DNA of 64,000 nucleotides, taken from positions 1,202 to 65,201 of the IMG/VR virus record IMGVR_UViG_3300021430_000310, one strand, 5' to 3'. A program made the translations under genes and the position numbers. Positions 26,729 to 36,209 of this stretch are shown one piece after another (the stretch's first letter is position 1; each line of letters opens with the position of its first letter). The stretch comes from a virus (taxonomy: Duplodnaviria; Caudoviricetes). Under the pieces are notes generated by a model that was not told where the DNA came from, did no database searches, and saw only the letters and a program-made list of their open reading frames with translations.

Positions 26729-26947
26729 TTAATAATCTTCCTCATCGAATTCCTCTTCGAACAATTCCTCTAGAGCGGTGTCCAGATCATCATCCACACC
26801 ATGCAGCTCTGCAATATCTTCAATCTCAATATCGTTGTCCACAAACACACTCAAGAAAGAGTTTGCGCACTCTTCTCTCTTGTTTGCAGGCACAAAGTCT
26901 TTCACACTCTCCCAAAGATCCATGACAGTCTTGGCATCAATTTCCAT
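26729..26947 (-). CDS. Small acidic conserved-looking protein
   Basis: AGGAG SD; TAAATA at 26974-26979. Confidence 0.75.
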   Translation of the reverse strand: MEIDAKTVMDLWESVKDFVPANKREECANSFLSVFVDNDIEIEDIAELHGVDDDLDTALEELFEEEFDEEDY

Positions 26948-26972
26948 GATAAAAACTCCTAAAAAGGTTGGC

Positions 26973-27110
26973 CTATTTATTATAGGTTAATTTGATATAG
27001 GTTTCATACTGGGCGTGCAACTCTCTTGCACGGGAATCTGTGTCTCTGATTTGTTGTTCACGTTCCAGTTGTTGTCTATATTGTTGCACCCATCTGATAG
27101 TGTCAACCAT
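26973..27110 (-). CDS. Small hypothetical protein (45 aa; not in ORF track)
   Basis: MVDTIRWVQQYRQQLEREQQIRD...YETYIKLTYNK. Confidence 0.45.
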   Translation of the reverse strand: MVDTIRWVQQYRQQLEREQQIRDTDSRARELHAQYETYIKLTYNK

Positions 27111-27208
27111 CACAGGGTCTAGATGGAAGGACAAATGTTATCCACCCATTGAGTCACAAATGCCCACAGACAACAGATGTGGATGACTGATACTAACCGT
27201 TAAACCAC

Positions 27209-28048
27209 TCATTGTATGAATGTCCCACAACTTGCGGCCACATCTGTGCCCACTCTGCTAATGATCTTGCAGGGCATATATTCAGAGATAAACATGTGGA
27301 TCTCATCCAGACGGGTTGACTCTGTGCCCTGTTCAGATGAGTATGGATTGTATCGCACAATGTTGTATTCTGCTCTGAGTCCACGAGCCTGGATGGCTGC
27401 AATCTGAGCCCTAACATCGTCAAGGGAATCATTCTCACCTGCGATGAATGCACCATGAAACTTGATGATCTTCTTGCTCACATACTGATACTCATGCAAC
27501 AGATCCAGAGCCTGATCCACATTCATGGCAGCAGGCAGCCACTTGCGTCTGAAGTCAGGATTCACGCTGTACATGGAGTAGTAGATGGTGGGAGTGATCA
27601 CAGGGAATGCCTGCACCAGACTCTTCCTCATGGTCACAGGCATGATGGTGCTCATGTTAAACTTGGGAATCAGGCCATATTCCCTGCTCTTCTGTGCCAG
27701 GGCACCAAACAGCTCTGTGCTGGTTTCTGTCACAGTGGGATTTGCAAGCGGTTCTCCACGTGCCATCCAATTAATATGGACCAAAGGCGCAGGAGTATCC
27801 TGTGCATAGTGATGCAGGATGGTGTCATACTGCTGCACAAAATCTGTGAGGTCAGCATTCTGGAACTGTGTTTGGCGAGTCACAGTCAGATGACACATGC
27901 GACAGCCCCTGTTGCAGCCAGTCTGGCTGCTCAGGTAAGCCACAAAGTAGCGACTCTCTCTCCTCACATAGCGGCTCTCCAGGAAGCCCACCAATTGGGC
28001 TTCCACAAAGTTCACGCTAGCATCCATCTGGCTACGGAGCACTTGCAT
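27209..28048 (-). CDS. RlmN/Cfr-like radical SAM protein
   Basis: SSQTGCNRGCRMC, MARGEP, IVRYNP, DVAASCG; start reassigned to MQVLRS just after the uvsX stop. Confidence 0.85.
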   Translation of the reverse strand: MQVLRSQMDASVNFVEAQLVGFLESRYVRRESRYFVAYLSSQTGCNRGCRMCHLTVTRQTQFQNADLTDFVQQYDTILHHYAQDTPAPLVHINWMARGEPLANPTVTETSTELFGALAQKSREYGLIPKFNMSTIMPVTMRKSLVQAFPVITPTIYYSMYSVNPDFRRKWLPAAMNVDQALDLLHEYQYVSKKIIKFHGAFIAGENDSLDDVRAQIAAIQARGLRAEYNIVRYNPYSSEQGTESTRLDEIHMFISEYMPCKIISRVGTDVAASCGTFIQ

Positions 28049-28052
28049 CGCG

Positions 28053-29156
28053 TTATGCATGTTCATCAGATGCTGAGTCTGAGTTTGTCTCAGATCCAGT
28101 GTGTTTGAGATCATGCTTCATGATTTGAGTATGAAACTCAGACATGATCTTCTCCAAACAGTCATCTTCATTGCGATCCCAAGCTTTTTCAAACTTCTTA
28201 ATCTGTACACCATCCAGTGCTGTATATGACCATTTGTTACCTTCTTTGATCACCAATCCCTTTTGTTGGAACAAATCAAACAGGCCGCTGTAGGGGTCCA
28301 TGCCACGATCATAGGGGATTTTGACCTCCACCTGAGTGAATGGCTGGTTATAGCGAGTTTTCATCACCTTGCATTGAGCACGGATGCCTTTGACATCTGT
28401 GGTCTTGTTGCCCAATTCATCTTCTTTTAGCTTGAGTTTTCTCATGGCCAACACAATGGAGCTTGCGTAGATGGGGCCCTGTCCACCGCTTACGACGTCA
28501 TCAGGATTAAACATGTCCTGGCTTGCATAAGAGTGGTTGGTGCACACTAGTCCCACATCATATTCACCAAACATGTTCACACAGTTGCGCACAAGTGCAG
28601 CCAGTGCCTTGGGCTTGCGACCCATGTCACCCTTAAGGTCACCAGCTTCAAATTGATTGATGTCTGTGGGAGTCAACAGCATGCCCAAGCTGTCAATCAC
28701 AAACAACACACGTGGACGATCTGCTTCATCCATACCACCATAACGAGTCTTGTAGTCCTTCATGAAGTCAGAAATCAGTTTGGCCACATCATCAATCATG
28801 GCCATGTTCACCTTGAGCAGAGCTTCCTCACTTGTGTCCACATCCAGAGCCTTTAGCCACTTCTCATCCAGAGCATTCTCTGTGTCAATCAGCACCACAA
28901 ACACATCCTTCTTCTGTGCATTGGCTGTGATGTTACCTGATGCCAAAAAGGATTTTCCCGATCCGCTCTGTCCGGCCAGAATGGATACCTTGCCCAGAGG
29001 AATACCACCATCCTTGAAGCGGCCACTGATTGCGTAGTTGAGTGCGTAATTACCAGTGCTGATCCACACTTTGGGATCTCGGAAGCCCACACTAAGGCCT
29101 GGAATATTTTTAGTAATGTCTTTTCTGAATTTGGATAAGTCAAGACTCTTGGTCAT
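28053..29156 (-). CDS. uvsX: RecA-like recombinase UvsX
   Basis: AGQSGSGKS, IDTENALD, IDSLGML, VCTNH, SGGQG, KTRY. Confidence 0.93.
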   Translation of the reverse strand: MTKSLDLSKFRKDITKNIPGLSVGFRDPKVWISTGNYALNYAISGRFKDGGIPLGKVSILAGQSGSGKSFLASGNITANAQKKDVFVVLIDTENALDEKWLKALDVDTSEEALLKVNMAMIDDVAKLISDFMKDYKTRYGGMDEADRPRVLFVIDSLGMLLTPTDINQFEAGDLKGDMGRKPKALAALVRNCVNMFGEYDVGLVCTNHSYASQDMFNPDDVVSGGQGPIYASSIVLAMRKLKLKEDELGNKTTDVKGIRAQCKVMKTRYNQPFTQVEVKIPYDRGMDPYSGLFDLFQQKGLVIKEGNKWSYTALDGVQIKKFEKAWDRNEDDCLEKIMSEFHTQIMKHDLKHTGSETNSDSASDEHA

Positions 29157-29242
29157 GCAGATACCTCATGTGAATTTTGTGTTAATTGTATGATGGGGAA
29201 GCATGTGTGGGTCAAACACCCACACATGCTGATTATGGTGGC

Positions 29243-30283
29243 TTAAGCCTTGGCAGCTTGGCGCTTGCGGATGGCAGCCAGAATGTCTTCTGGGCTGGTG
29301 AGCTTCTTGGGAGCTTCATCCACCACAGGCGCAGCAGTCTCAGGCTTACGCACAGGAGTCACATCAAATGGTGGCTCATCTTGATCTGCCTTGGGGGCTT
29401 GGATGGTCATGTTCCGTGTGGGCATACGAACTGATGTTTTGGCAGCAGCGTTACCAGCTGCATCATCGCTGTCCATCTTGAGATTGTATGGCTTGTAGTA
29501 TTGCGCATACTTGTCAGCATCATATGGCTTGCCATCCACACTATCATGGAACATTTCCACGATGGCCTTCAAATGATCATCATCTGGCTTCTTGGGCAGG
29601 AAGTCACCCAGATTCCACAGACCAAACTTCTGAATGGCTGCATGCTCTTCCGCAGTTAGTGCACTCTCACGACGTGCCCATGCACTCTGACCATAGTCAG
29701 CATACTGACCCTTTGTACCCTTCACAAGGCGGAAGTCCAGACCGTTCTCATACTCCACAGGGCTGTTCTCAACTTCCTGATCCATGAACACTGCCTTGAT
29801 GCGATCAAACACTGAGGGATTGATCACAAAGCGGCGTAGAGGATTCTCAGGAGCGTTAGCAGCATCCTCTGCATTGGGATTCTGACGCACAAATCCCTGA
29901 AACAGGAAGCTCTTCTTTCTCCAATACTTGCGAGCCAGTTCTTCCATGTCCTTGCCAGCCTTCCACCAGGGACGGATTTCTGCATTGATGGGGCAGCTTC
30001 CAGGCTTCCACATGTCCATGCAGGGAACCTGCACTTCTGTGGGCTTGCTGTGGCTGTCGCCCTTGATGCCGGAGAATGGGATCTTGATGATCAGTCGCTC
30101 TCTCCACCAGTAATCATTGCTGGTGTCACCATCTGGTGTGAATCGGAGAATTGCTGTGGATCCTTCGGGATTTCCCCAAAAAGGATAAGTTGCGTTATCG
30201 CTGCGGCCACCACTGGTGCCACGTTCTTTGTTTGCTTGTTGTGCTAGGAGTTTTTCTCTAATTTGTGCTAATGTAAGTGCCAT
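29243..30283 (-). CDS. gp32: Single-stranded DNA binding protein (gp32-like)
   Basis: AILRF.PD, CPI, YWRKKSF, GLDFRLVK..KGQYADY..S.W; TAAATA at 30362-30367. Confidence 0.85.
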   Translation of the reverse strand: MALTLAQIREKLLAQQANKERGTSGGRSDNATYPFWGNPEGSTAILRFTPDGDTSNDYWWRERLIIKIPFSGIKGDSHSKPTEVQVPCMDMWKPGSCPINAEIRPWWKAGKDMEELARKYWRKKSFLFQGFVRQNPNAEDAANAPENPLRRFVINPSVFDRIKAVFMDQEVENSPVEYENGLDFRLVKGTKGQYADYGQSAWARRESALTAEEHAAIQKFGLWNLGDFLPKKPDDDHLKAIVEMFHDSVDGKPYDADKYAQYYKPYNLKMDSDDAAGNAAAKTSVRMPTRNMTIQAPKADQDEPPFDVTPVRKPETAAPVVDEAPKKLTSPEDILAAIRKRQAAKA

Positions 30284-30391
30284 TTTGTGTGCCTTTCTTT
30301 CAATATGTGCCTATATGTTTTACGACAGCACACATGTGATTTCAATGTGTGCTGACAATATTATTTATGCATCTTGGTGCAGATTGCTACC

Positions 30392-31543
30392 TCATGCACC
30401 AACTTTTTTGATCTTTTCTAGAGTGTTTGTGATCTGGTCCAGCACCTGTTTGGGATCCTGTTCGAACGTGGATTCCCATCCAGTAATTTCATCACTCAGA
30501 TGAGCCAACAGTTCTCTGGGTTGATCACTCTGAGTGGCATCCACAGCATTCTGAACATCTGCATCAGACAGCTCTGTCAATGTACCAAATTGGTTGAACC
30601 ATTCCATGAGTTCACGCTGTTCTGGCCACACATCTGGTTGTGCATGATCAGGTTCACCATGTGCAGCTTCTGCGCACACAGCCTGCCAAGCTTCACCCAT
30701 GTGTTCTCCGCAAGGAGCTTCTGATAGAGCAGCATGTTCTCTCCACACTTGCACCATGTGTGTAGCCTCTTGAACAGCCTGTGCATAATGGTTGGGATCA
30801 CTCACATGCTTGAGGCAGCCTTTGATCTTCATCTGCATTTGATCCAGTTCAGGCACCAGGCCTTGATCATTATGCTGCAACCAGTTTCTCAGCTTCCTGC
30901 ACTGTTGCTGCACACGCATCATGTGATGGATCACATCGCCTTGAGCATCCCAGGCTTGGCCACTCTGATTTATGTGTTGAGCCAAAGCTTTTGCTCCCAG
31001 TATGTGTTTCACAGGCATGCGATATCTGGCACCATCAGGTGCATGAATGAAGATGTCTCTCACCTTGCACCATCGTCTGGCTGAATCATGATCCATGAGA
31101 CGCTCGCTGTGACGGATAACCACCTCAGTCAAACCAGTTCTCCATCTGCTGGTGCGTGTGCTGCCTGTCCAAGCACTTTCTGTTACATCTGATCTGTTCA
31201 TGTGAGCAAACATCTTGGGCTCCAGTGTCTTGCCATAAGGCATGGTGTCAAAGGAATGGTCATACAAGTTGTGTTGTTTTAGTGTTTGTTTCACATCTTG
31301 CAGTACCTGAGGATCCGTGCTATCACTTGTGTGAAAGGTAACCAAAGGCTTACTGGGTTTACCTTTGGTATATCCTAATGTGACCATCATTTTGCCTGTG
31401 TTTGTGAACATGCGGTCAGCCTGGCTGGGATCATACACTCTTTGGCCCTGTGTGTTATACAGGTAGATCTCATGCCCCATGCCACTCAGTTTTTTAAATA
31501 TTTGTTCTGCCATCCAGGCATTGGGATCTTTAGCTGTGCTCAT
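30392..31543 (-). CDS. Hypothetical late protein, probably virion-associated
   Basis: 383 aa downstream of terminase; TAAATA at 31568-31573. Confidence 0.7.
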   Translation of the reverse strand: MSTAKDPNAWMAEQIFKKLSGMGHEIYLYNTQGQRVYDPSQADRMFTNTGKMMVTLGYTKGKPSKPLVTFHTSDSTDPQVLQDVKQTLKQHNLYDHSFDTMPYGKTLEPKMFAHMNRSDVTESAWTGSTRTSRWRTGLTEVVIRHSERLMDHDSARRWCKVRDIFIHAPDGARYRMPVKHILGAKALAQHINQSGQAWDAQGDVIHHMMRVQQQCRKLRNWLQHNDQGLVPELDQMQMKIKGCLKHVSDPNHYAQAVQEATHMVQVWREHAALSEAPCGEHMGEAWQAVCAEAAHGEPDHAQPDVWPEQRELMEWFNQFGTLTELSDADVQNAVDATQSDQPRELLAHLSDEITGWESTFEQDPKQVLDQITNTLEKIKKVGA

Positions 31544-31583
31544 GTGTTGTTCTCATACTGGGTATAATATTTAGGGGGTTGTG

Positions 31584-33191
31584 TCACCAACCCACACTAA
31601 TAGGCATGGGCTCTTGAAAGTCTTCCAGGTCCTGAAGTGATGCCTCTTGAAATTGTTCTGCTGTTTTGTCATCCCACTTGGCTATAACCTGACTCATTCT
31701 CACGATCAACAGCGTGGCAGTCACAAGGTCATCATGCTCTCCACTCTTGGCTGCAAAGCCATCACCCTTGCTCACAAAGTTCTTGATCTGGCTCACAAGT
31801 GCCTGGCTGCGGATCTTCAGTCGGGCACTTTCCACCAAGCTTTTGAACTTGACCATGGATTGTGATTTGGTCCTCACGTTGGAGTTGTATCCACGGTTCT
31901 TGAAATTGCCTGGGCCTGTTTCACTCATGAGCTGTGCAGGGATTCGGTCCATGCCCACTTCATTCAGTAACTCAATCACACTTTGTCCTAATCCGTTGTT
32001 CTCAAAGGTCCAGAACAGTTCAGGTTCTCCTATTTGTGTGGGTAATGCTCTGATCTGTTTGTCCAACCACACACATATTTGTATGAGCATTTTGAGCTGA
32101 ATGGCCACTGAGCTCTTGTTGTGCATCCATTCAGCCACTTGCACCATTTCAGGCAATCTCCACACCTGTATGGCAGCATAATCCTTGCCCACACCTGCGC
32201 TGGGATCCAGTGCCACCAAATAGATCTTGTTGGATTGGGGCATTTCAAACCAGCGTGCCTCCTGCAACTTGAACTTGGGCTCCTGGCTGGTCAAATTGGC
32301 CAACACCTTACTGTCAATCAGTGTGTCATCCGCACTAAGGAATTGTAAATCATATTCTCTTGCAAACTTTTCATAACCAATCTTGGCACGTTCCTTTTGG
32401 GCCCATGCCTCATCACGATCAGGATGCTGATGCCAAAGTGCTTTGAAGGCTTTGAAATCATTACTGCCTAACCCATCTGTTCTTTCATTGCCAAACTCGT
32501 CCAGTGTGTTGTTGGCTGCATACCATATGGTGGCAAAGGTGTCTTCATCGCCATTGGGTGTGCTGGTGATGATGCATTTACCACCGGTGGCTAATGTGGG
32601 ACTGATGGCCGTCCAGAACTCTTCTGCAATGCGAGTCTTCACAAACGCCATTTCATCCACATATAACAAGCTGATGCTCTTGCCTCTGCCCGCATCTGCT
32701 GTGGTGGTGGTGCTTTCAATCTTGCTGCCATTGTCAAACTGTATCTTTTGCACATTCCATGTGGTCACACCTGGCCTCAACCAATCAGGTAGCTCTTCAT
32801 ACATGAACCTGATTCTGTCCATGATCTCAGTAGCAGCTTTGAACTTGTTGGCAGCTATGAGCACATTCTGATTCTCCTGAAAGATGGTGAACCAAATAAT
32901 GAATGCACTGGAGGATTCTGTTTTACCCAACTGTCGACTGCACATGCTGATCACCTGCCTGTTTTCAGCAAATGTTCTCACCATTTCTTCCTGATAACCA
33001 TACAGGTCAAATGGTAGTGCGCCCTTGGTGGGGTGTTTGATTCTGATATAATTTCTAATAAAGTAAATGGGACTCAGAGCACATTTGATGAATTCTGCTT
33101 GCTCATGCGCAGTGAGGGACAACTTTTGGTAAGGTGCTTTGATGAGGTTGGGCTCATCTTGCATTTGTTTTACGGGTTTACGAGCTGCCAT
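31584..33191 (-). CDS. gp17: Terminase large subunit
   Basis: SRQLGKT, GRGKSISLLYVDEMAF, STPNG, DPSAGVGKDY, HDDLV. Confidence 0.95.
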   Translation of the reverse strand: MAARKPVKQMQDEPNLIKAPYQKLSLTAHEQAEFIKCALSPIYFIRNYIRIKHPTKGALPFDLYGYQEEMVRTFAENRQVISMCSRQLGKTESSSAFIIWFTIFQENQNVLIAANKFKAATEIMDRIRFMYEELPDWLRPGVTTWNVQKIQFDNGSKIESTTTTADAGRGKSISLLYVDEMAFVKTRIAEEFWTAISPTLATGGKCIITSTPNGDEDTFATIWYAANNTLDEFGNERTDGLGSNDFKAFKALWHQHPDRDEAWAQKERAKIGYEKFAREYDLQFLSADDTLIDSKVLANLTSQEPKFKLQEARWFEMPQSNKIYLVALDPSAGVGKDYAAIQVWRLPEMVQVAEWMHNKSSVAIQLKMLIQICVWLDKQIRALPTQIGEPELFWTFENNGLGQSVIELLNEVGMDRIPAQLMSETGPGNFKNRGYNSNVRTKSQSMVKFKSLVESARLKIRSQALVSQIKNFVSKGDGFAAKSGEHDDLVTATLLIVRMSQVIAKWDDKTAEQFQEASLQDLEDFQEPMPISVGW

Positions 33192-33194
33192 GAT

Positions 33195-33440
33195 TTAATT
33201 CAATTTCAGTATAGCATCCACACTTGTATAAGTCTGAAAGGGGCGGTCATTCACACCCAACATGATTTCTTTGATCACAGCGTGTATGTTATGCTTCCAG
33301 TGCCACAGGAATTTGTGAACTCTATACAGCTCAGGCACTTGATCTTCGGTGCTCCAAACAAATTCCTGCAGCAGGTGTGTGTAATCTGGTCTGTAATAAA
33401 TTACGTTCACTGTGACTATCTGTTTGTTCACAATCCACAT
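33195..33440 (-). CDS. usg: Usg-like protein
   Basis: IYYRPDYTHLLQEFVW..D..PE..RVHKFL.HW. Confidence 0.7.
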   Translation of the reverse strand: MWIVNKQIVTVNVIYYRPDYTHLLQEFVWSTEDQVPELYRVHKFLWHWKHNIHAVIKEIMLGVNDRPFQTYTSVDAILKLN

Positions 33441-33441
33441 G

Positions 33442-33981
33442 TTACTTGGGCAGATTCTGTAGTTTGATAGTGCTCATGGGGCTGTTAGTACCATCTGTGA
33501 CAGGATCTTTTTCGAAGGGGTCCTTGTTAAACTCATCTCTATGATTGGTAGTGAGTGGACTCATTAACCCAGCCTCATTACCACTTTCTAACAGGAAATC
33601 TTCATATGCTGAACGAATGGCATCGTAACTGATGTGTTCCTTCATTTCACTCTTGATGGGATTGCTGCCGTATCTGGCGCTAGTCAATCGCTCAGGTATA
33701 TCAGCTCTGCCCTTGAAGTTGTAATCCTTGATGTCAAACTCCACAGCATCCTGCTCATGGTCATGCCCATAGTCGTGATCTGCCTGTTGCTCCATCATGG
33801 CCGCTGGTTCCTGGGTGTCACATGCACAATCTGGCATGTGCATGACAGCAGGTTCTGGTGCAGGTCCAGCTTGTCCACTCAGTTGCAGCAATCGCAGAAT
33901 TTCATCTGGATATGCCGTTGTTAGTGTCAGTTGGCTGTTATTCACAGAGTTGTTAATAGTAAGTTCATAAGTGTTTGTCAT
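33442..33981 (-). CDS. Hypothetical late protein
   Basis: Coupled within the late operon; acidic. Confidence 0.7.
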   Translation of the reverse strand: MTNTYELTINNSVNNSQLTLTTAYPDEILRLLQLSGQAGPAPEPAVMHMPDCACDTQEPAAMMEQQADHDYGHDHEQDAVEFDIKDYNFKGRADIPERLTSARYGSNPIKSEMKEHISYDAIRSAYEDFLLESGNEAGLMSPLTTNHRDEFNKDPFEKDPVTDGTNSPMSTIKLQNLPK

Positions 33982-34790
33982 TGTTTACCCCTCACAGGTG
34001 CAGTAAGCTGATCATAAACCACCTGCTTGCCCGCATCTGATTTCTTAACTCTGAAGTATCTCTTTCTGTCATCATCCAGGCCACCAGTCTGATTTATCAA
34101 GCTGGGCTCCACAGGTTCAGGCAGGTCTTCAAACTTGTTCTTATACACAGGCTTGGGTGTGTCATATGCTTTGTTGAATTCATCATGCATCAAACTCATA
34201 TTCTGCTCATGCGCCTTCAGTTGCTCAGGTGTTATGAAATCTGAATGAGCCAGGTGAGTTTCAGGTGCTCTGGTGCTGGCCACTTTGCTTAACAAATTGA
34301 GGAATCTCTTGTTGTAGGTGTCGCCGAAGGCATCCTTGACAAGGGGCTGTTCTTGGTCCAGATAGTGTGTGTCTGTACTCAACAAACTGCCTGCCTGATC
34401 ATGGCCTGCTTCTGCAGCCACTTTGTCCAGGGTTTGCAACAGCTGAATTCTGGCTGAATCTACTTCCACAGCTTCATTGTCTGATCTCACAACCACAAAT
34501 TTCTCAGGCACATTCAACACGCTTCTCATTTCTTGCTGCAAGATGTATGCACTCACAGGCACACCAATCACAAAGTCCAGATAACTGATGTCTGCATTCT
34601 CCACATCAGAGAACTCCAGGGTGTCCAGATCACCATCCAGTTTGTGAATTGCACCCATCTTGATAAGATGATAACGTGTCAACAAGCGTTCCACATCTTC
34701 CATGCGCTCATCTGTTAGGTCCACTACCGTTTTCAATCTGTAGTGAAATTCTCTATGTGCTTCCATTAACCGTTGCTTGAAAGTCTTCAT
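33978..34790 (-). CDS. Hypothetical late/virion protein
   Basis: MKTFKQRLME (LxE-type virion N-terminus). Confidence 0.7.
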   Translation of the reverse strand: MKTFKQRLMEAHREFHYRLKTVVDLTDERMEDVERLLTRYHLIKMGAIHKLDGDLDTLEFSDVENADISYLDFVIGVPVSAYILQQEMRSVLNVPEKFVVVRSDNEAVEVDSARIQLLQTLDKVAAEAGHDQAGSLLSTDTHYLDQEQPLVKDAFGDTYNKRFLNLLSKVASTRAPETHLAHSDFITPEQLKAHEQNMSLMHDEFNKAYDTPKPVYKNKFEDLPEPVEPSLINQTGGLDDDRKRYFRVKKSDAGKQVVYDQLTAPVRGKQ

Positions 34791-34813
34791 GTGTGTTCCC
34801 ATGTGCTACTCTG

Positions 34814-35269
34814 CTATTTAGCAGAAGGTTGGGTGAGAGCCTTGATCTGGTTCAGCAGTTCATTTCTGTCCAACACTGTGACCTGATGGTTCTCTATCAG
34901 CTCAGGACGTTCTGGCGCTGTGCGTTCCAGTTTCACCCTGTCCAGTTCCAACTTCATGAGCTTGAGCTTTTTTTCCATTTTGGCATTGCGTGCGTCTGAC
35001 GCAATCTTGAGCATGTTACCGCTAGCATTAAATATTTCTCCTGCATGCTTGACTTCCACATTCATACCCAAGTCATGCAAGCTCTTTCCATACTCCAGTG
35101 CAAGGTGTGCAATCTCATCCATCTCCTCATCATGCAATTGATCAGGATCTGTGTTCTCATATGACTGGGTGAGTTCGGTTGCCTGATCCACAACTGTTTC
35201 AGGATCCGGCACCTGGCTGTTCAGCTCAGGTATGTCAAAGGTTTCTTCCAGTTTTCCAAATCTGCTCAT
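34814..35269 (-). CDS. Probable terminase small subunit
   Basis: Helical core and VLDRNELL C-terminal motif; near gp4 and gp17. Confidence 0.55.
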   Translation of the reverse strand: MSRFGKLEETFDIPELNSQVPDPETVVDQATELTQSYENTDPDQLHDEEMDEIAHLALEYGKSLHDLGMNVEVKHAGEIFNASGNMLKIASDARNAKMEKKLKLMKLELDRVKLERTAPERPELIENHQVTVLDRNELLNQIKALTQPSAK

Positions 35270-35272
35270 GTG

Positions 35273-35719
35273 TTATCTCTTGCGTGTTTTGGCTTTGGTG
35301 ACAAATATGTCATCTTCATTTAAGATTCGCATCTTAATCCCATGTCGTTCACAAAATTTTAGAGCGGCCTGCCACTTAGCTGTGTTCAGGATCACATATG
35401 CCTTGTCTCTCTTGCTCTTGGCAGCTTCCCAAAGGGTTTCCTTCTTGGGTTTGACTTCCACCAATTCCACTCGCTGTGTGCCTTTGGCATCTGCATATTT
35501 GATCAGGAAGTCAGGCACATAAATGGTGTGCTTACCTGTGAGTGGATTCACATATGGTATGTGCACACATTCACTTCCCCATTGTATCACATTGGGATGT
35601 TCATCCAGAAAGCTACAAACACGTAACTCCCAGGAAGACCTATAGTAAATTCGCTTGTTACCCAATAGTTTTTGGGGATTTTGGGGAGTAAAAACTCCTT
35701 GGGTGTATTTGCTGGTCAT
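35273..35719 (-). CDS. gp4: Head completion nuclease (gp4/TnsA-like)
   Basis: YRSSWE, WGSE.V.IPY, YVPDF, LVEVKP, N.AKWQAA; TAAATA at 35729-35734. Confidence 0.88.
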   Translation of the reverse strand: MTSKYTQGVFTPQNPQKLLGNKRIYYRSSWELRVCSFLDEHPNVIQWGSECVHIPYVNPLTGKHTIYVPDFLIKYADAKGTQRVELVEVKPKKETLWEAAKSKRDKAYVILNTAKWQAALKFCERHGIKMRILNEDDIFVTKAKTRKR

Positions 35720-35741
35720 ATCAACAAATATTTAGGTGGTG

Positions 35742-36209
35742 TTACCTGGTCTGGTTGTAAACTTTGGCAGCCAGCATGTAGTTGTTTGTGTAGGCAGGAG
35801 CAGTATCACCATCATTCACACCAATCTGGCTGTGACTGGTCCTGAAGAAGTTGATGTTTTCCAAGAGGGCATCTGACACTTGCCCTGATGAAAACAGTTT
35901 GTTGGCACTCACCCCAGTGTCCTTTGCAGTCACAGCAGTGATAGCACCAAACATTCTGCTCAGTGTTTCAGGCACTCCGGGGTGTTCCCACAAAGCCTTG
36001 CTCACATTAAAGCTTTGTGGATCTATCTGAAATGAGTTATCCAGAGGAGACTGACCCAGTTCAAATGCATCAGGCTGCAAGCTTCTGTTAACCACTTGAC
36101 CTGTTTGTGCATCCACAAATTGACGGGTGCCATTCTGACTGATCACCACACTCTCTGTACCAAAGTTACCAGATTGGTCTCTTAAATTGCGAGTGATTAA
36201 GTCTGTCAT
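35742..36209 (-). CDS. Hypothetical virion protein
   Basis: Coupled downstream of the tube-like gene. Confidence 0.65.
   Translation of the reverse strand: MTDLITRNLRDQSGNFGTESVVISQNGTRQFVDAQTGQVVNRSLQPDAFELGQSPLDNSFQIDPQSFNVSKALWEHPGVPETLSRMFGAITAVTAKDTGVSANKLFSSGQVSDALLENINFFRTSHSQIGVNDGDTAPAYTNNYMLAAKVYNQTR

Noticed and set aside
27075-27106. GTTGACA early-promoter-like site on the minus strand
   Set aside because: The -10 box is poor and the site lies inside a plausible 45-aa ORF (26973-27110).
28053-28114. 62-nt overlap between uvsX and the RlmN-like ORF as a dual-coding region
   Set aside because: A downstream ATG at 28048 starts right after the uvsX stop and removes the overlap.
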